NCBI GenBank assembly: GCA_009859145.1
Contig: VRVR01000060.1
Span: forward strand, 1 to 64,000
Direction of reading: 5' to 3'
DNA: 64,000 bases
DNA from: Andalucia godoyi And28
Lineage: Eukaryota; Protista; Jakobida
A program made the position numbers and the translations under genes. The notes beneath the pieces were generated by a model. That model did not search any database, was not told where the DNA came from, and was given only the letters and a program-made list of their open reading frames with translations. Of the stretch, positions 10,732 through 20,334 are shown one piece after another. Every line of letters begins with the position of its first letter. Position 1 is the first letter of the stretch.

Positions 10732-12621
10732 TTAGGGCGACGTGCTGCTGCCCTCTCCGCCATTGTAGGAACGGATGTGGATAGCGTTCTGGGGACCAGG
10801 AGCAGTCGAAACGCTTGCACTTCGTGCTGCACCCTGCTGCCGTTTCTGTGCCTTCGCTTCCTTCTCCGCTTTGCGTCGTTTCTCGTCGGCTTCCTTGTTT
10901 CGCATGTAGGCAACTGCTTCCTGAGCAGTGATGCAGAGACTCTTCTTGTTTCCTCGAGTTTTTTTCAGATCCTTTCCTGCACTTGCAGGCAAGACTCCTC
11001 GTTGACGGTTGCGCCGCTGCCTCCGTTTATGTCCCGCTCTTGTGGACCTTTTGCGGCCTGCTTCATCGTTGCTGATGACACTGGCGTCGTCGTCGTCATC
11101 ATCATCGTCGTCGTCATCCGTGTCATCATCCTCGTGACGTTGTGATGCGGTGCTCGATGAATGTGGTTCTGCAGTGTTGCTTCTGTTGTCCCAGAACCGC
11201 ATTTCAGCAGCTTGTTGTGCAGCATGCTCTGCCTCCGAAAACTCTGCTTCAAACACGTTCTTTCGAAGTGGGAACAGCCCTGTGACCTGGAACGCGCGCT
11301 CAACGTGCATGAGAGAGACATTCCTCCGCGCCTTCATCAGGCATTGCGTGTTGACATCGTCTCCCTTCGTTAGACGGAACACCGAACCATCCTGCAGCAA
11401 CACATGTTTCCCGTTCTCAATCCCGTGCTCTCCCATTTCTGCTTCTCATACCGGAACGCATTTTTGACAGTCTTGTAGCACTCGACGTCCAAAGGCTGCA
11501 TTTTGTGGGTGGAGTGCGGGGGAAACGTGACCACTCCACAGCTTCGATCGTTGTGTGGCTGCTGTGTCCGTCCACGATCAGCACGATTCTTGCGTCGCGA
11601 CGCTCAGCGGGCAACTGGGATTTGAGATCCTCCAAGAACTCCACAAAGAGAGCGGAGTCGATCCATCCTTTCTCACTTCGGCCGATTTTCAGTCCTGGAT
11701 CCTTCTTCAAGAGCACATTCTCTGTATATTCCGGTGACAGTGCTGTGTTTGGATACACCAGCATCGGTCGGAATGCTTTTCCAGCGGCCGAGATCGCATT
11801 GATCATTGTCACGTGCTTTCTCTCGGAGCTGACTGTCATCTGCACTCGCTTTGTGCCTCTGGGAGCGAGAACACGCAGCTTGGACTCTTGGTCGCCTTGG
11901 ACACCGGTCTCGGCCATGTTGATGACCCTCCACGCGTCTTCCTGGCTCGCAATTCCGGCTCGCGCATACGCGGATTCCAGATCCCTGAAGAATGCATCGA
12001 CGCTCTCCTTGTTGAATGCGTACTTGTGGGATCGTTCGAGTGCTGAGGGCAGGCGGAGGACGAGAGACGCCAAGCCCTGCTTTTCCATCCGGCGATTGAA
12101 CGCAGGAAGCCAGCATTGTTTTGGATACCGTCGATTTGACGCCATTCCCAGACGAACAGTCTCTCTTCCTTGTCAAGGTGATTGTTCTCGTTCTTCCGGT
12201 ATCGCTCAAGTATTTGGACACCATTTGGACAAAATCCTGCTTCAGAAGGGGCATATTCTTCTGCACTCTGTACGATACATAGTGATGCAGCCGCTTCTCT
12301 TCGTCCGGGCAGAGAACAGACGGCCGTCCTGCTTTCCCAAAGAAGGAAACGACTTCTTCGAGGTGATTCATGTTGATGAACTGGTGCAGCGCTTCCGGGA
12401 TCTTTGTACGTCGTCTTTCCGCTTCCGTTGGCACGTCGTGCACAGTCGTTGAGCTCATCCAGGATCACATCGTAGTAGATGCCCACGTACTTGCGCACGG
12501 TACGCTCAGGAGACTGCAGATCGTGGTACTTGACACCATGAGTAACATGCGCAAGGACGTCCTTCGTGAGCTGCGCGTCCGAATTTGACTCGTTTCGTGT
12601 TGGGGATCGTTTTTTGACCAT
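10732..12621 (-). pseudogene. Frameshifted pogo/Fot1-like transposase (HTH + CENP-B-type HTH + DDE_1)
   Basis: Motifs spread over several frames: GRPSVLCPDEEKRL (HTH), WLPAFNRR, INMAETG (canonical NxDETG with D to A), LIVDGHSSH, FPPHSTHKMQPLDV, AFQVTGLFP, then an acidic/basic tail. At least four frameshifts. Confidence 0.88.
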
Positions 12622-12686
12622 TTTGGTTGAAACTCGTTAAAAATGGCAGGAGAAAAGAAGAAAGCGTGCCAAAACATTTTCTCCAG

Positions 12687-12716
12687 AAAAACCGGCAAGA
12701 ATAGGTGCCTTTACGA
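12687..12716 (-). repeat. Right TIR of the pogo-like element
   Basis: Reverse complement is TCGTAAAGGCACCTATTCTTGCCGGTTTTT, followed by a TA duplication. Confidence 0.88.
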
Positions 12717-12759
12717 TAACCACCGAGAGAAAAAGTCATCACGACGATCTCTGATCAAC

Positions 12760-14145
12760 CTAAACATAACCGCCAGTCTGCAGAACTGTGTAAGCCCAAA
12801 TCACCAGAACAGACACTGGAGCACACACAAGAGACAGAGTTACAAAATTAACAGGCACATATCCACCCAGACGGAATGCCAAAGATCCCTCGTCAGTCAG
12901 CCATTTGAACGCAACTTCCGGGAACTTCGCTCCAAACCCGCAATCTGATACTGAGGAAGGTAAAAAGGCAAGCATTTCGATAAGGATGTGCGCGGATTTT
13001 CTGGAAGATAGGGAAATCTGAAGATATGCGTAAAACAACAAAGTTGTCTGCGTCAGAAGCCCAACGTTGCTGAACCAAACTGCGACTCCTGCTTTTCCTG
13101 CATCACTCGAATGTTCAGCCAGAGTCCAGAAAAGGACCACACACACAACTCCAGAAGGAATCGTAAGGATCAGAATAACCATCGCCCAAAGGCCGAATGC
13201 TGAAGAAATCTTGGCGAAATTGTGGACTACCAGAACTGTCTTGCTCAAAATTTCTATGGTCCGCTCTACTGAATACTCGATCCTCATCTTCATCGAGTGT
13301 TCATGGGCATTCTGCCTATTAATATGCACGAATTGCAGATGAAAATCCATTCTCTTAACCATGTTGCGAACCACAACTTTCAAAAGCTGCACTTCTACAG
13401 CACTCACAGCAAAAAAGAATGAAGAGGCAATCATCCAGAAACTGATATACAAACACATTGGAACGCCGAATTGTAATTCCGACGTTGTCAGATCAACAGG
13501 AACACCAACAGTGAATGCCAATATAATCAACGATAAGAAGAAGAAACGAAGCAGTCCATGTCGTTTAAGTTCCGTGATGAATTGGCGACGACAGTATTCG
13601 CGCAAGTGTTGTTCCATCAATTCTTTGTTCAAAGTCTCCTGGGGCTTTAATACAGGCTCGATGACGTCCGATGATAGAAAAGGATCAGAAAGTGGTTCGC
13701 TTCCATTTTCCAGCAGATATCTACCATCTATGCCTAGAAATTGCATTAGAGAAATGTATGAATTCCAATCTTTGGAGAACCAAGTTTCCCACGACGATAA
13801 AGTGTCAAATGTCAGCATCTGCCGAGCCTTGTAGCACTGATAATAATACATGCAGAGGATGGCAAGATCCAGAGGAAACGCAAACATGCGTGCAAGCGTC
13901 ACAAACCAATTCGAGCGTTGGTCAGCATTTTTGGTAATTACAAAATCGTTGATCGCGAAGTACAATGACAAACCACAACCTCCAACAGCAGATGTAAGAG
14001 ATAGCACAACGAGAAAACGCATGACAGCATTCGGCCATTTCTTGATGCCCACTGAAACCTCGCTGCCACCTTGGACTTCTCCTTCCGAAAAGTTATTCTG
14101 CTTTGCAGCGCGAGTAACTATTGACAGGCGCTCGTCGATGCTCAT
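12760..14145 (-). CDS. Gustatory/odorant-receptor-like 7TM protein (7TMIC/GRL candidate), 461 aa
   Basis: Seven hydrophobic segments with GR-like spacing: long helical loop after TM4 ending in ISSAFG before TM5, long loop after TM6, FRLGGYVPV hairpin, and a terminal helix IWAYTVLQT resembling the GR TM7 motif TYxxxxxQF. Confidence 0.7.
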   Translation of the reverse strand: MSIDERLSIVTRAAKQNNFSEGEVQGGSEVSVGIKKWPNAVMRFLVVLSLTSAVGGCGLSLYFAINDFVITKNADQRSNWFVTLARMFAFPLDLAILCMYYYQCYKARQMLTFDTLSSWETWFSKDWNSYISLMQFLGIDGRYLLENGSEPLSDPFLSSDVIEPVLKPQETLNKELMEQHLREYCRRQFITELKRHGLLRFFFLSLIILAFTVGVPVDLTTSELQFGVPMCLYISFWMIASSFFFAVSAVEVQLLKVVVRNMVKRMDFHLQFVHINRQNAHEHSMKMRIEYSVERTIEILSKTVLVVHNFAKISSAFGLWAMVILILTIPSGVVCVVLFWTLAEHSSDAGKAGVAVWFSNVGLLTQTTLLFYAYLQISLSSRKSAHILIEMLAFLPSSVSDCGFGAKFPEVAFKWLTDEGSLAFRLGGYVPVNFVTLSLVCAPVSVLVIWAYTVLQTGGYV

Positions 14146-14440
14146 TTTTCTTTTGGATTCAGAGAAAGGTTCGAATGGGAAGGCACTCGGATGGGAAGGG
14201 TTAGGCCCCTATGCACAAAATGTAGATGGCGTGGATCACAAGGCTGAAATAGAAGTCAACGATTATGTGAGTGACAGGCAGGAGAAAGTATCATTTGTGA
14301 ACTTGGCTTTGAAAGAGAAATGAGTATTGCTAGAAATGCTCCGATGACCGTTAAATTTCGTGCAGCCCACTTCCAACTCGAACGTGCGGGATGCAAAGAT
14401 GCTTGTACAAAAGCTCAAAAAGGCAACTAAATCGCTAGTA

Positions 14441-14513
14441 CAGTCGCATGGGTGCTCAACTGCAAATCCTCCGGAACCAAAAACAGCACGCTGACACGAC
14501 CAATTGTCAGAGT
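14441..14513 (+). repeat. Left TIR core of the Tc1-like element
   Basis: 73 bp matching the reverse complement of 16354-16426 with 4 mismatches. Confidence 0.95.
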
Positions 14514-14793
14514 CAATCGGTTCAAGTTGAGATATTTTTCCCCCCTCGCCGCCAAGTGAAATTCGCGCGTTCTGCTCTTGGCAAAGATTCTGTAAGCTAA
14601 ATCGAATATTGAACAACTATCATCACCGAAAGGCGACAAAATGTCGCGGACCATCGAATTCGTTATGGATCCCCACATGAACCAGCTGCCGAGCTGTACG
14701 CCTCCTCCGCAGCCATCAGAAGGCCACCAAAGTGGGGCGGTCAATATTCCTGCACAGCAGACCAGTCTGTCAGCGGAGTAGGATCCAATCTTA

Positions 14794-16176
14794 TTGAGAA
14801 GACTCAATTTCATTGATACACCGAGCATTGTGGAATGCTCCCTGGCCAATTACAGAGAGCAAATCGGTGCAAGGAATGCAGTCCTTGGTCAAACTGAGGA
14901 AATTGTGCGGATGCAGGTTGAGAAGCAGCTCCGTGCAATTGAAAGGAATAATCAAAAGAAAATGGATCGCTTTCGAAGAGCCTCCGAAAAACTGCGTCAA
15001 AAGGCCCTGGCGAAGAAAAGATGGTCCTGCCCTATCGGAACCATCTATGCTCTAGCAAAAGATCTCTCCGATCCCAAGCACCCATCGTACGACATTCTTG
15101 CTGTGAAGCACCATATCCCAGGTGGCTGTGCGTATGTGGCACAGTTCAAACGACGACTTCAGCAAGCGGGCTGGGATGCAGCAGTCATTGCAACGAGGGC
15201 GCACGGTGGCAGTCGGCCGCATCCTCACCTGCTCTCTCTTGAAGACAAGCAGCAGGTGGCAATGATTCAAATCGAGCATGGCACGTGGAGCATGAGCCAA
15301 ATCATCCAGAGGTTCGCAGAGATAAACAGCGGAAGGACGTTGAAACATGGCGTTGTTTCCAACGCTCTTGCAGAGGCAGGACTGACATTCAAAAGGCTTC
15401 GTACTATGCCACTGCAAAGGAACAGCGAAGAGAATCGCAGGGCGAGAAGACAGTGGCCAGTCCAGATAGACGGATATCAGTGGGACGAAATCATCTGGGG
15501 CGATGAAATGGGTATGACAAATGTGCATCACCAAACCATGGCGAGGGTATACTCTGGTTGTGACACTTTTATTGAAACACAAGGGATGCGCGGTGCGAAC
15601 CACACAATTGTCGGGTTTTGCTCGAAAGAACTGGGGTTCATCGTCGGCGTTCATTTTGACTCATCCTGCAACCAACACGTGTTTGCAGAATGCATCCGCC
15701 GCCTGAAACATATTGTCACTGCCAGAGGCCCGCAAAAGCGCAGATTGATTGTTCTGGACAATGTCCCGTTCCACAAAACGCAGATGATCAGATTGCTGGA
15801 AGATGAGCATTTCAAGATCGTGTATCTGCCTCCATATTCTCCAGCGTGGAACCCCATTGAACTATGCTGGTCTTGGTTGTCTTGGAAAATTGCTCACTTG
15901 TTGCAAGATGCGGGAAACACTGCACAAGTTGTTGGAAACAGCATCACAATGGCAATTGGAGAAATAATGTTCACAGAACACGGAAAACACGTCGTCGAAC
16001 AGTGTGTGAACCATCGCCACAAAGTCTATCAAATATCGATCCTGAATGACGGTTGGCTGTTTTTTGACAAGATTTCTGAAAGCAACGAAGAATTAGCGGA
16101 GCTCGTTGGAGAGTACAATGCTGTTCATCCTACGGCGCCGCTCGACTTCGGCAGTTTGGGTGTACAGGTGCAGTGA
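14794..16176 (+). CDS. IS630/Tc1-like transposase (HTH + DDE_3, DD33E)
   Basis: IWGDE, LIVLDNVPFH and LPPYSPAWNPIE, with 33 residues between the second D and E. GLTFKR linker. Start uncertain: an in-frame ATG at 14641 is cut off by TAG at 14779-14781, and the first downstream ATG is at 14911. Confidence 0.92.
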   Translation: MRRLNFIDTPSIVECSLANYREQIGARNAVLGQTEEIVRMQVEKQLRAIERNNQKKMDRFRRASEKLRQKALAKKRWSCPIGTIYALAKDLSDPKHPSYDILAVKHHIPGGCAYVAQFKRRLQQAGWDAAVIATRAHGGSRPHPHLLSLEDKQQVAMIQIEHGTWSMSQIIQRFAEINSGRTLKHGVVSNALAEAGLTFKRLRTMPLQRNSEENRRARRQWPVQIDGYQWDEIIWGDEMGMTNVHHQTMARVYSGCDTFIETQGMRGANHTIVGFCSKELGFIVGVHFDSSCNQHVFAECIRRLKHIVTARGPQKRRLIVLDNVPFHKTQMIRLLEDEHFKIVYLPPYSPAWNPIELCWSWLSWKIAHLLQDAGNTAQVVGNSITMAIGEIMFTEHGKHVVEQCVNHRHKVYQISILNDGWLFFDKISESNEELAELVGEYNAVHPTAPLDFGSLGVQVQ

Positions 16177-16353
16177 CGTCTCATGCAACGTTGCGCACGC
16201 TCCGGCAGGATATGCAGATCGCGTTGCGAAGCGCATGTCTAAGCGAAAACGCCTCAGCCAGATTCACATGATGTTTTGCTGATGAGACGGAGCAAAGTAA
16301 ACAGACAACGCCAAACAAAAAAGAAAAGAAAAGATGTCAATTTGAGCATCGGA

Positions 16354-16426
16354 ACTCTGGCAATTGGTCGTGCCAGTGTGCTGTTTTTGGTTCCGGGGGA
16401 TTTGCAGTTGAGCACCCATGCGACTG
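16354..16426 (-). repeat. Right TIR core of the Tc1-like element
   Basis: Ends ...CCCATGCGACTG followed by TA. Confidence 0.95.
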
Positions 16427-16713
16427 TACGATCAAACCGATGGTTGCGGAAACAAATTGCGCCCGAATCAAGTGCAGCATGCCGATCCATGTCTGTTCCG
16501 GTCACAGAAATGCCGGTCCTGCTTCTATCGGAGGTTGTTGCTTTCACAATGCATTGGAACCGTGGGACAATTTTTTGAAAAGCAAGGCTATTGTCAGGGC
16601 ATCCTTTCCATTGCGAAGTCGAGCAGTTTCTCTGGAGATTTCTGCCAATCACAATTCTTTCTTCTTCAATCTGATTTTCTTTATTTTGGTTGGTTCTTCA
16701 TACAATATTAACC

Positions 16714-19521
16714 ATGGTTCTTCGTATATTACTTGAATGGATTATACTGTTGACAACTGTTTTTTGTCTGTCTTCTTGTCGTTTGTATGACATGCAGAGT
16801 CCGACTGTTGTTTCATTGCAGCAGGAATGTGATGTGACTGTTCCCCGTGGTTGTGCTGCTATATTTTCAGCACAGCAGAGCGTTGATGATTCTCTGTTTT
16901 ACACCAACGATTTTTTGGGGTATGATTGGCATGGTGGATTCAGTGTCATGACGTGGTTCCTAACTGTTGACCGAGATGTCCCACATTCCGTCATTGATGG
17001 CGGTGGAGCATTTAGCATTCATTCATATTTGCGTTCCGATTCTTTAGTTTATTGGGTTGCTTCTTTGAACTGTCAGTCGGAAGACGAAAGTGCCATCTGT
17101 ACCGACCAAATTGGATATCATTTTAATGATTGGCATCACATTGCCATGTCTTTTGACGGTACTTTCCGACGTAGTTATATGGATGGTCATTTGATTGCTT
17201 CCCCAACTGTGCTTGCACAGCCCACGTCTAATACTTCTTCACCGTTTTCGCTGGGTGAAACGCAAGTAAGCGAAAAGTTCGCAGACACACGAATTTACTC
17301 GCGTGTACTTTCTGACGACGAAATAAGACTCGTTGCGACTCGGTCCGCGTCTTTGCCGCTCGAGTACTCCGATGGATTAATTGCTTGGCATGACTTTCGT
17401 GATGTGATGCATATGGGTGCAAATCATGCGTATCTTGCTTGCAATGGTACTTTCATCATGGGGAGCATGCTGCCGTCTCGTTACTTTCTGATTGGAAATC
17501 CATTTGTTATTACGTTGACAGGGCAAGGTTTTCTACTGGGTGACATTGGAGTTGATCTACAGGCTCCCAATGCATCTTCACCTGCTCTTTCTGCTTCTTC
17601 GATATCTGTTCTGAATGATACAACAATGACTGCTCTATTTCCTTCTGTCTCTGCATGTGGATCCTTTGACATAATTGGTCAGGTCAACGGTGGATACTGT
17701 GCAAGCCAAGCAGGTGTCACTGCGATTTCGATCGGAATTGACATTTCTGCTGTAATTCCGTCGAAGATAGCATGATCGAACGTGCTGAAAGGACAGCCTT
17801 CTGTCCAGTTTGTCGCAAGCCAGTGTTTCAGTTCTTTTGCACTGTTGCCAACTGAAATATTCTGCAATTTTTCTGTCAGCAGCCCTCATGGTTTGCTTTC
17901 CTATTTCTCGTCTCCTCTGACTTCGATTTCTCCAAATTCACTGACATGCAATGTTCCCTTGTCTTTGATCAATGCCCTTCGAGCTTATGGTGGCAATGTT
18001 TCGACAATCGAGACTTGGTTGGTAGTGAATGCTGCCACTTCCGCATTTTCGGTAGTTTCCAACATCTTACAGATTCAAACTGTCTGTTCTGATTTTGTTG
18101 TGCAATCCGTCTGGCCCCTGCAACTGACTACCAGTGGTGGCAGCGTGACGTTTTTCGGAACCGATTTCACCCAAGATCTGACTTGTCTATTCGATAGCAT
18201 GCCAACGGGTCCTCCTGCAGTGTTGAATTCCTCTGCAGCAGTCTGTGAATTCCCTCCTTCTACTCCTCACTTGGGAATTGCAGGACTTTCGCGATTCTAC
18301 GAAAATTCATCTTTGTTCACGATCAACGTTGTCCCTGGTCCTGCCGATCCTATGCTCACTTTTATGCAGTTCGCATCGTGCTCGGACAAACTTCGTTGTC
18401 CGGTTTGTGAAATGTCGGACTTCGCTTTTGGATTTCGGGATATATATCAGAATCCCACATCGGCCGACGGAATTACCATGTCCCTTAGCCTCCTGCCAGC
18501 GGTAGGGTTTTTAATGATTACGGATCCTGAGTTTCGTACTGTTCGTTTTCAAACGAATTTTTCTGCTGTTGCATTTTACGAGTTGGATTTTTACGTGAAT
18601 CAGGCACGATTCATGAGTTTGTTTCTGAACACTGAAGATCCTTCTTGGATGCGTGTGACCTATGTGGAGCCTTCAGCAATACCTACGTTTAGGGGATACT
18701 CCGTCCTTCCACAGACAATCATCGTTTGGTTTCAATCACACTTAACACCTTGCAGTCGAAGCGGTGTCGCATACTGCGTGATCGATTCTATATCCAAAAT
18801 GCCTGGACGGCTTGCCTTTGACACCTCTACCAACACCGGCATGATTACGTGCGGATTGTCAGCTGGCATTTTGTTGCCTGGTACCATATCTGTCTCAGCT
18901 TCCATCGGATCCATCCAAGCCATTGGAAACGCCGGATCCTTACAAGGTACGGAAATTGTCTCCATTGATAGAATTCAGCCTTCCCATGCCCCAGTTGCGA
19001 CAAATGGTTCTGTGGTAATCGCTGTTTTTGGTACTGGTTTTTCGTCTTGGCTCCTCCCTTCTCCCGGCGGCTTGCTGTGCCGATTTGGTAATGACATTTC
19101 CTTCCCCGTTGTGTTTGTCGATCACGTTTCTGCTGTCTGCCTTGTGCCACTGCTTCTAGCCGATACAGCTCTTCTTCCATACACGGTAGACGTTACCCTT
19201 GTTTGGAATGACCACCTCATCACTTTCGGAGGAAATGCCACTTTCACGTACGACGTGCTGCCTCACCACGGTTGCCTCTCCAAGTGCTCTTCACATGCAG
19301 TCTGCGATGGAGAAACGGGATCTTGCGTGTGTGAAGGTGGGTACATCGGATCCACTTGCGACATTCCGCTTGTTGCAATTGTCATTGTGCTTGGGGTCAT
19401 TACCCGTCTGTGCTTCGCCACCATCATCATTTTATTCATCATGATCTTGCGTCAAAAACGCCTGCAACTTCTCTCAGACAATGCCGAGCGATCGCCTCTT
19501 GTCTCTCAGACAGTTCAGTAA
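16714..19521 (+). pseudogene. Type I surface receptor (signal peptide, LamG, IPT/TIG repeats, EGF-like, TM) split by one in-frame TGA; pseudogene or recoded gene
   Basis: ORFs 16690-17775 and 17782-19521 share a frame and are separated only by TGA at 17773-17775. LamG-like WHHIAMSFDG..YMDG, IPT-like repeats, EGF CSSHAVCDGETGSCVCEGGYIGSTC, C-terminal TM helix and short tail. Confidence 0.75.
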
Positions 19522-20333
19522 GAGGACCTTTTGTTTTGACAAGTGAAAGGCCACCAAGTTTGTGCGCATTTGTTTGATATACCCCAAATTCCACTGATGT
19601 GAAACCATTTTCCCGAATGAGAGCGAACGGCATTCGTTTTGCGGTTTGCAGTACAGGCTTGGTGGCATACGTTGATGTCTTCACTTATGGGCAGAATCAA
19701 ATGAAAGAAGATTATTGTTCCACGTGATTGTGAAACAAGAAAGACGAGTATACAGCAAACAGTATAGCAACAAACTAATTGCGTCGAAACACTAGTATCA
19801 CAAAGCAAATACCGGATGGTGAACCGGAAAGAGAATATTTGAGAGAAAACAACAGAACTTGCGAAAACAATTTCTCTCTGAACTGAAGATGTTGTAAGGA
19901 TCGTCACTTCTGTCATGAATAAGCAGATGACAAGTAAACATAAAACAAGGCAAGGGAATTGGGCCAACAGAAAGGTCTGTGGGGTCCAATTAAGACAGCG
20001 AGCGTTTTTTGAGTTTGACACGATTTACAGTAAACGGCGTAGAAGACTCTTTTCCTCCTTTCATCCATGATGCAAGAGCGGTTATCGGCGGCACCGGTTT
20101 GGCCCCCCGAAGTCATGAGGTTGATTCTTGACCACCATGCAACCATACTTGAGAGGATTGAACCATCTTCTTCCTAACTGCAACTGTTGGACCAATAGTA
20201 TCGGGTTGTTGAAAAAATCCACAACACAATACATCAACAACAACAACATCATCCTCGTCATCTCCGTCTCTCTGTTCACTACTGATTTCGGCATTCCCCA
20301 GACCGACATGAACAACAAACAACACGATATCAA
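19515..20333 (-). pseudogene. Possible decayed multi-TM protein
   Basis: Successive hydrophobic ORF fragments (20082-20333, 19515-20021) without a convincing start. Confidence 0.25.
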
Positions 20334-20334
20334 C

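Larger units (their letters stand above)
10449..12716 (-). mobile_element. Decayed pogo/Fot1-like DNA transposon (Tc1/mariner superfamily), 2268 bp
   Basis: 30-bp TIRs (27/30 identical) flanked by TA at 10447-10448 and 12717-12718. Internal DDE_1-type transposase fragments. Confidence 0.88.
14441..16426 (+). mobile_element. Tc1/IS630-like DNA transposon, 1986 bp, with long TIRs
   Basis: TIRs begin CAGTCGCATGGG..., are 69/73 identical and extend degenerately to about 99 bp. TA duplication at 14439-14440 and 16427-16428 in a GTAC context. Internal DDE_3 transposase. Confidence 0.95.

Noticed and set aside
11505-12452. 315-aa plus-strand ORF inside the pogo-like element
   Set aside because: Antisense to the transposase fragments, with no independent motif.
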